In this document: one piece after another, positions 44,442 to 64,000 of the stretch
Layout of the letters: each line of letters starts with the position of its first letter
Position numbering within the stretch: the stretch's first letter is position 1
NCBI RefSeq assembly: GCF_009914755.1
Contig: NC_060937.1
DNA length: 64,000 nt
Source of the DNA: the human T2T-CHM13v2.0 reference genome, Homo sapiens
Direction: 5' to 3' (one strand)
Position numbers and translations under genes: made by a program
Notes under the pieces: model-generated
Told to the model about the DNA's origin: nothing
Seen by the model: only the letters and a program-made list of their open reading frames with translations
The model's database searches: none

Positions 44442-46996
44442 AAGCTGTAAATTCTTGATGTTTTACTGGATAAATCAGATGATAAGGCTTTGTATCATTT
44501 GTTTTCTGTGGAAGTGTGGCAAACCCTATGGAGGCATGAGATCTAGAATGCAGTTCTCATTCTGTCAGTCTAGCCTGGGTTTCCTCATTTGTGAGATGGA
44601 TATAATACCTGCTTTGTCTTATCTCCTAGGATTGCTAAGAATCAAATCTGAATTATGTAACAGTTCTCCGTAAGCTTCCAGACTACTAAAATAACCCTTC
44701 ATTATTTAGGTTTGAATGAACTGCCTTGCAAGTTAAATATGGTTAAAAAAAACCCAAACCATATATTGTAATTAATGAAAGTTTAAATTATAACAAAAAA
44801 TTACATATTAGTAGCTGCCTATTTTGTGGGAAATTCCTAACCTCTTCCCTTTTTTTTTTTTTTTTTGACATGGAGCTCCTTAGACGTGGCTGGCTATGTG
44901 GGTAAGACGAAGTGAGCCCTCCTCATGTGGTTGTGGTAGTAGATCCCTGATGGATTCAGTCTTGTGGGTGAAGATTAAGTGAAGGGAAAGGAAAGGAGCA
45001 GGCAGCTGGAACTGTCTGTGTCCATATCCTTCCTGTTCTAATATTAAAAAAAAAAAAGACTTGGCAAATGATTTCACATTTAATGTTCTTAAATCATTAT
45101 ACTTGTACTATTTTTGGGATTTTGGATAATGTGTAGGAGTGTTTATAATGTGTTTACAAATACTAATTTTGATTTTAAGGTTGTGATAAATCTATTTTGT
45201 ATCATTGACTAGTTTTGCTCTAACTTTTAGAGATAAGTGACCTGTCCCATCCTCCGTTCCTATTCCCCCATCCCCACACCCACCTACTGTTAGCCGAGGT
45301 AATTGACAAGTGACTATATTCACATTCTTCAGACGCACTGGTGAGCTGGGCCCTATTAAAGGAAGTCATTCAAGAAACCTTCCTGAAATTGTTATCACTC
45401 TTTTTAAACTTTAGATTTGTATTATTACCTAATATTTATTTGGAATAAGATATACAGAGAATGGAAGAATCTAGTTTAAATTTAGTGAAGTCTGAATTTA
45501 TGGAATATTTGAGGAATGTAGTTTATTACATTTCAACAAGGTATCTACTCTAAAAAGTAAGATTTAGATTCCTGTATTCACGTTAGACTTATAATTTATC
45601 TTTAACTTCAGAGGCCTAGGTAATGCTGTTTACTTCAAATGTAAGCCTAAAATCCATTCAAGATTAATAGGTATCCTTTTGTTCTTATTTCTGAGTTTGG
45701 GTGAATGTGCATTTATTTGACAGTCTTTATTTTTGATAGTTGAATGGTTTTTGATAACATCCCTGCTCTGCTATTGATTGATGTTAATGGTTAATCTTTC
45801 TGTAATTTTGCACAGCAAAATGACAGATTTTATTCAACGATAGGATTATACCTAGGTGCTATATTAGAAATACTGGCATTTTATTAACTTTTGGACCTGA
45901 GTCTAAAATACATTGGGCCATGAAGAAAGGATAAATCATCCAATCAATAGATAATTCATATATACTAAAATCCCATGATTGGAAATATTAATATATAAAA
46001 ATTAGAAATGTAAACTAGACAGAAATACAGATAATTGTATAATCTTGGATAGGAAAGCATTGATAAGCATATCAAATAGAAATCAGAAACTACAGAATAA
46101 ATGCTTGTTAAATTTGACCACAGTTTTTCATTTACAAGCAACAAAAGCAGGCAAAACACCATCATAAATAAAATTTAAATGACAAGCTATAGGGGGTAAA
46201 AGAAAACCTTTATTATATATGTTACAAGTTAAGAGTCTTTCTGCAGTTTTTACTTAAAATCTTTTAAATTAGTTGTATTTAATACTTTCTTAAACTATCT
46301 GGAAGAAATGTCCTGCATCAAATCTGCTGATAATAGCATTAACCTCTTATGAAATGCTAAGCCAAAGTGTGATGAACTAGGAGGTATATAGAAATAAAGT
46401 TTTTAAACCCCAATTTTGGGGAAAAGGGACTTAAAATACCATTCAGCTCAGTGAGATTTGTTAAAAGTAACCTAACTAAACTAATAATACATGGCTACAA
46501 GTACATGGTTTTAAGTACATAATACTTGAAACCTTGAAAGAACATTCTCTTCCCCACCAAAGATGTATATTTCACAAAAATGGGAGACTATAACAATTAG
46601 TAATCTGCTTTGTTTCTTTTAGCAACCTTCATCTATTCTCATGAAAATAAGCACTATAATTTTCTTAACTAATTTCTTTATTGATAAACATTTAGTTTTA
46701 AAATTTTTTTCACTATAATTGTGTACAATTCCTCAACCTCACCTCCATCAGTAGGTTCTGTAATTTCTAACTCCAAAAGAAATTCATATTTTGAGCTTGT
46801 TATATTTGTTTTAGTGTTTTGGCAATTTGATGTAAAAAATGGCTGTTTCCTTGTTGTAAATTGTAATTCCCTCATGATCAGTGAAGTTGAGCAACTTTTC
46901 ATATGTTTGACTTATCAGTGCCTCTTCTGTGTGGATCTTTAACAGCTCTTTTCAGATCCTTTGGATCTTTTCCTTTTGAATTGTCTTTTTCCTAAC

Positions 46997-47324
46997 TTGT
47001 TGTTTGTTGTTGTTTGCTTTTTCTGGAGACAGGGTCTTGCTCTGTTCCCCCAGACTGGAGTGCAGTGATGTGATCACAGCTCACTGCAACCTCAGCCTCT
47101 CCAGCTGAAGCAATCCTCCTACCTCATCCAGTCCAGTAGTAGCTGGGACTAAAGGGGAGTACCACTGCACACAGATAATCTTTTTTTTTTTTTTTTTTTT
47201 TTTTTTGGAAGAGGTGAATCCTTGCTATGTGGCTAGGCTAGGTCCTTGCTATGTTGCCCAGGCTGGTCACGCCTTAGCCTTCCAAAGTGCTGAGATTACA
47301 GGTGTTAGCCACTGTATCCAGCCT
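46997..47324 (-). mobile_element. AluJ within old antisense L1M fragments (~46.6-48.4 kb)
   Basis: Diverged Alu; TSD TGTCTTTTT..CCTAA. Confidence 0.85.
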
Positions 47325-47586
47325 GTCTTTTTTCCTAAGTTGTAAGAGTACTTTATGTGATAGCAATATTAACATTTCATCCTGTGTAACTGTTTTCTCC
47401 CAGCCTCTCACTTTTGATTTTATTGCATTTAGCCATTCAGAAGTGTTTCTTAACTAGTCATTTTTACCCCTGCTTCATGAATTCTAGGTAGGGCTTTTTT
47501 TTTTTTTCTGACTAGGCAGACCTTCCTAACTCAAAGTTATATATATATATCTTCAATACTTACGTTTTTTTAAAGAAGTATATGTT

Positions 47587-47931
<345 letters not shown>

Positions 47932-48394
47932 TTATTCTTAAGAATGATTGGCTGATTTTGTCATACCTTTTATTGAGTAATCCTTCCATTTAATTGAAAT
48001 CCCACTTGTATTCTATATTAAGTTCTCATAGAGAGTTGGGTCTGTTTCAAGGCTTTGTTCTACTGATTTATTATGCTAGCACATAGTGTTTTAATTATTA
48101 CAGTAGTGTTATAATAGTCTTATTAATTGGTGGAATAAATTTATGCTGAATTCGATGTTAAAGTTTTTGCAGTTCTTATACAATATATTTTTCCATACGT
48201 ATTTTAGAATTGTATTAATTTCATATTAGATGATGTTAGGACATTCAGTCTTTCTCTCTAGGAACCTGGTTTGAGTCTCCATTTTTTTTTTTTTTTTTTT
48301 TGTTCTTGTTTTATGACCTCTAGCCAGGTGCGATTTTTTAAAAAGTTTTCTTTACTTACAGCTTATAGTTTTCTTGTTAAATTTTCCTAAATAA

Positions 48395-49562
<1,168 letters not shown>

Positions 49563-50053
49563 GATAATTTCAGTTTCACATCCTGGCTTATCCTTTAATT
49601 GACTGACTGAAGTTAGAGGACATACTTCAGCTTTACTTCAGTTTCCTTTTCTTTCTTTTTTGTATTGTATTGTGAGGTTTCAATGAGATAGTTTGCCAAG
49701 TTTGTAGGACCTAGGCACCCAGAGAATGATGTTGCATTTCCTTCTGCCTTCTTCATTTTTCTTTCAGGTATCAGTTCATGATCTGAGTGGCTTTTAAAAT
49801 ATGTGGAAAAAAATCAGAGACCGCAGGGCCTCAAATAAATGAACATAAGAAAACTGTTCTCAGAAAAAAGTCAACCATCAACTATCCAACTTTCTTCTAT
49901 TTCTAACTGCATTTTACTTGAACACTGTCTCGAGCAGGGATTTTTCTTCATCTAGTGTCTGTGGGCCACAGTGGACTTTAGGAATTCTATTGAACCACAT
50001 GATTTTAAAAAGTTTTAAATTAAATATTTTAGAGTTTTGAACATATGTTACTA

Positions 50054-50364
50054 TTTTTTTTTTCACTTTTTTTGAAATAGAGTCTGGCTCTTTCACCCAG
50101 GCTGGAGTGCAGTGATGCAATCTTGGCTCACTGCAACCTCCACGCTCTGCCTCGCCAGGTTCAAGCAATTCTCCTGCCTCAGCCTCCCTAGTAGCTGGGA
50201 TTACAGGCGCCTGCCACCATGCCTGGCTAATTTTTGTATTTTTAGTAGAGATGGGGTTTTGCCATGTTGGCCAGGCTGGTGTTGAACTCCTGACCTCAGG
50301 TGATCCACTCGCCTTGGCCTCCCAAAGTGCTAGGATTACGGGCGTGAGCCCTCATTCCTGGCCT
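50054..50364 (-). mobile_element. AluS
   Basis: Full Alu. Confidence 0.93.
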
Positions 50365-50666
50365 AACATTTTTAAAGTAAAATTGAAAGTATTGCTAGTA
50401 TTTCCTTTACAGTTATGGTAGAATGAAGTGTTTTGGTTAATTAACTAAAAATTAATTAATAGTTGCCAAATTCGTGATTGCTTCCAAAAATTAAAGTGGG
50501 TCAAAAACTCATATAAGCACGGTTTTCTCCTTGATTTACAGGGGATTTCAGGATCTTTAAGGTTATCATTAACTTTATGAATAGCACACTTAAATAGTTG
50601 TTTAGGTTCTGGATAGGCATAATTTATTGGGTGACTTTGTTTTTTTAAACCTTATTTTGTCCTAAG

Positions 50667-50758
50667 GTTGCTACAGCTGTAAATACTAGACAACGCTACT
50701 ACCCAATGGCTGGATATATTAAGGAAGACTCCATAATGGAAAAACTGCAGCCTAAGAC
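50667..50758 (+). CDS. RNF17: RNF17 coding exon 3
   Basis: TAAG acceptor, GTATGT donor; [30 protein letters not shown]; 92 nt. Confidence 0.96.
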
Positions 50759-51109
50759 GTATGTTCCATGTGTACTTATTTGAGTATTTAAAGTCAATGT
50801 GTTACTGAAATAGTTTTAGAATTATTGATAAAATGTCATCCTTAAGTCTGCATTTCTAACCTACTGTTTATGGAATGCTCTTTAAGTTCATACTTCATCT
50901 TAGCTGTCAGTGGAATGGAGACTTCAGCTCTTTAAAGAAGCAGCGTTTGTTTGTCCTTATTTAAGAAAGAAAAAATGTTAAGGATTACCACATCAAGAAA
51001 GGCTGAGAGTACACTGGCTAAAGTTACTCGTGCTGGATGGAAGGAAGTTATAGAGAAAAAAAGTAACTTAGTTCTCTCTTGATTCTTTTTAAAAATTTTT
51101 AAAATTCTA

Positions 51110-51403
51110 AGTTTTTTTAAAGACAGGGTCTCACTCTGTCACCCAGGCTTGAGTGCAGTGGTTTTGATCATGGCTCACTGCCGCCTCAGACTCCTGGTCT
51201 CAAGCTAGCCTCTCACCTCAGCCTTTGGAGTATCTAGGACTACAGGCATGCACCACCATGCACAGCTAATTTTTAAATTTTTTTGTAGGCATGGAGTCTC
51301 ATTGTGTTGCCCAAGCTGGTCTCAAACTCCTGGCTTTAAGTGATCCTTCTGCCTCAGCCTCTCAAAGTGCTGGAATTACAGCCGTGAGCCACTGCACCCA
51401 GCT
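51110..51403 (-). mobile_element. AluJ
   Basis: Diverged Alu; TSD TCTCTTGATTCTT. Confidence 0.9.
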
Positions 51404-53210
51404 TCTCTTGATTCTTAAAAGTAGCGCAAGTATAGTACAATGGAAGACTTTGTGAAGAGTTGGTTTGAGAAGTGATTTATAAAAGGAAAAATAATAACTT
51501 TGGGGTTCTTTTATTCATTTTTCCATTGTTGTATAAGACTTTATACATGTATGCATTAATAGATTCTCTTTTTGAATTAGTAATATCTTTTTAAATACAC
51601 CCAGCCAGAGATGAGTATCTATGTTACTGACTATTTCACTTAATTACTAATGCTTCTGTATGTCTTTTCCTGCTAGTCTGTAAGCCCCTTTAAGGGAATG
51701 GACCACATTTTATTCCCCTTTATATCTCTGGTTTGGGACACAGAGTAAACATGTAATGTTTATTACAGTACATGTTTGATTTTTGCAGCTTTTTAAGTGT
51801 TAAAGGATCTTCTGATCAATTTCCTGGAACTGTACTCAGATGGTAATTTGTATATAACTAAACTTTCTAAGCATATTTAATATGGTAAGTAGACTATGCA
51901 AGAAATAAAAAATAGGATTCTTTCAAGGAAAAATCTCATGTGGAACTTTCCAATTTTGTTAATGGCACCAAGTATTTATAAATCACTCTAGTTCCTTCTA
52001 TTACATTCATTTTACCTCCTGCAGATTCTGACTTCTATAGTATCTCCTATGTCCATAACCTATCTTCATTTCTACTGCCTTATTTAATTCTCATGTTATT
52101 TTGTGTAGCTCCTTGTCAGACTCTTCCTTAATGCTATAGTTGTTCATTAAGTATTCAATTAAAACTCAAAATTATTCAGTGTAGAATTCCTGGCACTTCA
52201 CATTACCACCGTAGCTTCTCTTTGCAGACCTAAATGAGTACTTATAAAAAAACAAAAGAATGGTTTTAGCCATTTGCTTGGGTAGTAAAACCACTTAGCT
52301 AAAGTCTGACAGCTGGTTATTCACAGAACCAGAATGTAAACCTAGGTTTATTGAATACCAGTACTGCTCCCAACTCCTATACCACTGGTCACTTCCTCCA
52401 TGAGATATGTGTAGAGTTATTAGGATAGATCTTTTAGAATCATTCTGGCTCATCGTGAGTCCCCATGGAGTAGCCATTTTTATCAAATTTAGGGCTCCCA
52501 AATTTGAACACCTACACGAATTAAGCAGTTAACTTACTGGGTGAGGTCGACTGAGTTTAAACAATGAGTGGTGAGGTTTGCGGTAGATGACGAGGGCTCA
52601 CCCCCTCCGAAGGAGGCAGTTCCTACTCAGCTGTAGCCAGTTATTAGTATGTATTAAGACAAACCCAGTGTTGCCACATCTTTTTTTTCTCAAGACAAAC
52701 TCGAGATCTGTACTTGTGTGTGAAATTTTCTGACACATGATGCCAGTCAAACCAGGATGTACTCTTATCTATATATGTATAATGTCTGTTAGAGTTGCAA
52801 AGTGAAATTTTACTTTCAGAGGTATATGAATCCATCCTAACCAGAAAGTACCCAAATTTGTTCCAAATAACCATTTTAAAAATTAAATTTATGTCAATTA
52901 TATCTATTTTAGAAACTGCTATTCTCTAAGGTACAGTTTGGTTTTAAAATGGTTGTATATTTTTAAATTATAGTAATCCTTGACTCATTTACTGATTTGT
53001 CTTTAATATTTTGAAACAGGAATTCAGTAATGGAATCCTCAGGGCTAATGCACTCATGTTTTTAAGAACATGAATATTCACTTTTCAAAGAATAGAATGT
53101 TTAAAAATTATTTGGTGTAGTATTTTTTCTCTGTAACATTTAAACATCATATTTTCCCCATAAGCTGTAAGCTGATGATTAACTCAGCAAACACTAGTTA
53201 CTGTGTGCTA

Positions 53211-53384
<174 letters not shown>

Positions 53385-53832
53385 CTATAGACTAGAGAAT
53401 GCAACTAACTTTTTCTTTGCAATTAACTTGCTTAGTTAAATTCATTACCTTTTTTTAATTCTCCAGACTTGTTAAGTACCTTCTTTTTAATAGCTGGCAT
53501 TTGTATATATAAACACTTACTTAATTGGTGAGCTTATCACATTTCATTGATTATCAACATCTGTACCAAAAAATACCACGTAAGGACCAGTAATTAAGAA
53601 ATTAAAACACAATATATAAGCCATTATTTTTGGAATTTTTTTAAATTAAAATTTGTATGAAAGCATATTTCCTCATGGTTTCTCTCTTCCCACTTATGGT
53701 TAATTGATAATTCACTGTACATGTTCTTATAAGTCATTATATGAATTATTTTTTATGGTAAAATCTGAATAGAAGATTAAAACCATTACATTGATTGATG
53801 AGGTAATATTGGTATTTAAAATAATGTACGTG

Positions 53833-54138
<306 letters not shown>

Positions 54139-54142
54139 TCAG

Positions 54143-54254
54143 GATAAAGAATTGTTCTCAGGACTTTAAGAAGACTGCTGATCAGCTAACTACTGGTTTA
54201 GAACGTTCAGCCTCCACAGACAAGACTCTTTTGAACTCATCAGCTGTAATGTTG
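54143..54254 (+). CDS. RNF17: RNF17 coding exon 4
   Basis: TTTTCAG acceptor, GTATGA donor; [37 protein letters not shown]; 112 nt. Confidence 0.96.
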
Positions 54255-54754
54255 GTATGAAACATATTGGTCATGAAGTACGATGAAGGCAAACGTTTGA
54301 CTTTGTCTCTAGTAGCTCAACTTTCTTCTCCTATAATTATAGATTCTTTTGGAAGTTTATACGTAACAAGTTAACCCACCCTCTTACTTGAATCTCTTTT
54401 GTTCTATGCTTAGACAGTTCTCTTTTCTTCCAAGGCAGCCTGTTCTACCTTTGACTGACTCTGTTTCAAAGTTCTTGATATTTACCTGTGTGTAGCTTCT
54501 TCCCTTTGAAACTAGTTATTGAATCCAGGTTCTGTGAAACATGTAAAGCATGAGTTTTTAAATTTTAAATGTGATTTTTCACTTATTTTAATGGCAACCA
54601 AAAGGCCTAATTATGTTTGTTGTTGTTAATGTTATTGCTGAAGATAGAGTTTTACCTTTTATCTACTCCTGATAACTTTAAATAATGTATTAAGATTAGA
54701 AATAGAACAAACTCCAAAATGATATTAAGTTTTTGTGTTAAGATCATTAATGGA

Positions 54755-55068
<314 letters not shown>

Positions 55069-55514
55069 TCATTAATGGGCTGGGGAAGGGGAGAAAGCAC
55101 TTAATCTTGCTGACTTTTCCTTCAAGTGTAAATCTTAATGGAGTCAAATTATAATCTTTTTTTCCTTAAGAACTGTTTATAATTTTTATATGTATACATG
55201 TATTGCCATGATAAATTGTTCAAGGTAGTTTTAAGTTGAAAAGGTAATTACAGGGCATTATCCCATTTAAAAAAATATCTTTATGAAAAAAATCTGGAAT
55301 GGTCTAACTAAAGCTCTAAAATATGAATGGTTTTTATCTCCAGGTTAGCAGGATTGAATGTTATTTTTGTTGCTTGTTTTCACTTTTCTGTAGTGAGTCT
55401 ATGTTGCTTTTGTAACCAAAACGGTAGCCTGAATTTTTTGCAACTATAATATATATATGTCTAGGCATCTGTTTTTTAGTTTTATATTTGTATGTGATTT
55501 CCCTCCCTTCTTAG

Positions 55515-55595
55515 GACACTAATACTGCAGAAGAAATTGATGAAGCATTGAATACAGCACACCATAGTTTCGAACAGTTAAGCATTGCTGGAAAA
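55515..55595 (+). CDS. RNF17: RNF17 coding exon 5
   Basis: CTTAG acceptor, GTAAGC donor; [27 protein letters not shown]; 81 nt. Confidence 0.96.
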
Positions 55596-56279
55596 GTAAG
55601 CACTTTGCAGGATTAAATTCTATCATGAAGTGAAGCATGTCCTCTTTAAGTGTGTACATTTGGAGATGTTACCACTGAGGTTAGAGCTTAGCACTGAGTT
55701 ATTAAGCATGATAATCTAAAAAAGAATGGAAAACTTTTCCCATAGCCTGCCAAGATTGGTCTTGTAACATTGTTGTGCTAGGAACTTAATAAAATTCCAG
55801 CTTTAATAAGGAACCATGACTTCTCCTTGCTATGAGCTGAATTTTGTCTCAGAAGCATTGCAGATTATCTTTTCAACATTTGCTGATTGTTTGGCTGTAT
55901 CCCCCTTAGTGAGTCTCTTTCTCTCTTCCTACTCCACCTTCCAAAAGAGACTCTCTCATTTGGTGACACAAAACAAGTTCTTCAGCACCTAGCAACAAAA
56001 TTTACAATTAAGGAGTTCAAAAGGTTATAGCTGATTATGTTGTGGCTGCTTTTTTGCATAGAAGGACATGACATTTTTGATTGGCTAAGGGTCACTATCA
56101 AAAGTCATTTCTCAAGAGGAATGAGAAATACGATAAAAGTAATAGAAGAGTTATGAGAGAAAAAAACAACATTGAGAGAAAAGGGGAAAAAATAATGTCA
56201 CCTGTGATAAGCAATACTTAGTACCAGATATAGTGGAGAAGAGCAAATCAGTGGTAAATTAACTGGAGGTTAGGACTTC

Positions 56280-56965
<686 letters not shown>

Positions 56966-57145
56966 AAGCAACAATACTTAAAACTTCAAAAATACTAAGA
57001 TTGTGTAATACTTAACATTTTAATTCAAGTATGGTTTCTACGGTTTTTTTTTTAATCCACGGGGTCCTATCAAGGAGAAATTCAGCTACTTAAAATGACT
57101 TGTTTCCTGTAATGATGAAAAGAAAAAAATTTAGTACACTCATCA

Positions 57146-57500
<355 letters not shown>

Positions 57501-57690
57501 GATATGGTCTTGCTCACAAATAGTAAAACTTAAAGTTGAACCTTGTGACTTATTCTATTTATATTATTATCTCTTTACCTCTTGTGTTATTTTGAAGAGT
57601 CTAGAAAGTACCTTTTACTTTCAAAATTCTACAACTTCTACAAAATAAAAATTCCCAAATTAAGTTTTTGTCTTGTTTTTTTTTTTCCAG

Positions 57691-57791
57691 GCACTTGAAC
57701 ACATGCAGAAGCAAACGATAGAGGAAAGAGAAAGAGTTATAGAAGTTGTGGAGAAACAGTTTGACCAACTTTTGGCTTTTTTTGATTCCAG
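57691..57791 (+). CDS. RNF17: RNF17 coding exon 6
   Basis: Strong poly-T CCAG acceptor, GTTAGT donor; [33 protein letters not shown]; 101 nt. Confidence 0.96.
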
Positions 57792-57871
57792 GTTAGTAAC
57801 TTAAAAATATGGACTCAATGAAACTGAAGTTTCTAACACTAACTTGTCATTGTATTCCTTTGTTTAGAATG

Positions 57872-57923
57872 GTAATGGGTAACTTTTAAACAAGTTTGTA
57901 ATGGGTAACTTTCAAACAAGTTT
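57872..57923. repeat. 26-bp tandem duplication
   Basis: GTAATGGGTAACTTT(T/C)AAACAAGTTT twice. Confidence 0.9.
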
Positions 57924-58032
57924 GGAAGTTGGTAGTCCCTACAGACTGATCTTTAGAACTGCAAAATGAAAAATAATGTGTAAGCTTTTAAAAATTTTGC
58001 CTATTTACCTTCTGGTGCTGAAGCTAATGGTG

Positions 58033-58344
58033 GTTTGTTTGAGACAGGGTCTTGCTCTGTTGCCCAGGCTGGGGTGCAATGGTGTGATAATAGCTCACTG
58101 CAGCCTCAAACTCCTGGGCTTAAGTGATCCTGCCACCTCAGCCTTCAAAGTAGCTGGAACTACAAGCCCACACCACTACATCCAGCTAATTTTGTGTTTT
58201 TTTTTTGTTGTTGTTGTTTTGTTTTCCGAGACAAGGGTCTCACTACATTGTCCATGCTTTTCCCAAACTCCTGGCCTCAAGAAATCATCCTGCCTCAGCC
58301 TCCTAAAGTGCTGGGATTACAGGTGTACATAACGGTGCCCAGCT
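58033..58344 (-). mobile_element. AluJ
   Basis: Diverged Alu. Confidence 0.9.
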
Positions 58345-58377
58345 GAAGCTGTTAACTGTTAAAGTAAACAAGCTTGA

Positions 58378-58607
58378 GCCAGGTGTGGTGGCTTACACCT
58401 GTAGGATTACATGGTGATCATCCTGTCTAAGCTCACTTTGGGAGGCTGAGATGGGGGGGGATCTTTGAGCTCAGGAGTTTGAGACCAGTCTGGGCAACAC
58501 AGCGAGACTCCATCTGTACAAAACAAAAAAAAATCAACCAGGCATTGTGTGCATTTCTGTAGTCCCAGCTGCATGGGAAGCTGAGGTGGGAGGATTGCTT
58601 GAGCCCA
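58378..58607 (+). mobile_element. AluJ, 3' truncated
   Basis: Diverged Alu ending at the L1 junction. Confidence 0.85.
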
Positions 58608-63520
<4,913 letters not shown>

Positions 63521-63835
63521 TAGATGGTCTATTGTATGTCTCTACTTATAATCTCCTGCTTTCCACAAAATTTGCTTTTCTCTAATTATGTATACATAGC
63601 TTTTAACTATAATACATTTCAGTTCAATTTAATGCCTCATTTACCATGTTATATGTTAATTTTATCAACAAGTGAAAGTACCCTTTCAGATACAGTTCAG
63701 TTACTGTTTGCCTCATTTAACCATATTATGTAAAATTCATCAACTACTGAACTTACTCTTCAAGATACTATAGATCGACTTTTTCTATAAATATTTATGA
63801 AATACTGCAAAATAACTTTGGAATCTTAAATGAAG

Positions 63836-64000
63836 GAAAAAGAACCTGTGTGAAGAATTTGCAAGAACTACTGATGATTATCTATCAAATTTAATAAAGG
63901 CTAAAAGCTACATTGAAGAGAAAAAAAATAATTTGAATGCAGCTATGAACATAGCAAGAGCATTACAATTATCGCCTTCTCTAAGAACATACTGTGACCT
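63836..64000 (+). CDS. RNF17: RNF17 coding exon 7 (partial, runs off window)
   Basis: GAAG acceptor; phase-2 join gives R-KKNLCEEFARTTDDYLSNLIKAKSYIEEKKNNLNAAMNIARALQLSPSLRTYCD, open to the window end. Confidence 0.94.

Overview
Human (primate) genomic DNA, dense in Alu and L1 repeats, with no prokaryotic content. The right part (40.0-64.0 kb) holds the CpG-island promoter and the first seven coding exons (+ strand) of RNF17, the germline RING/Tudor piRNA-pathway gene. The exons splice in frame at GT-AG boundaries and exon 7 is cut by the window end. Upstream (about 18.5-28.7 kb) is a mosaic of dead gene pieces. These are a four-exon, intron-retaining fragment of CLUH, joined directly to an intron-retaining IRX1 fragment (exons 2-3) that carries a ~205-bp inverted duplication, and then a rearranged intronless ANKRD20A/ANKRD26-family retrocopy with an internal inversion. 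Best leads: a phase-compatible CLUH-to-IRX1 hybrid intron, the IRX1 hairpin, the retrocopy inversion, and Alus inserted into two RNF17 3' splice-site regions. Family assignments come from my recall of protein and repeat consensus sequences, not database searches; repeat boundaries and subfamilies are approximate. I see no evidence of a new functional system, only testable hypotheses.
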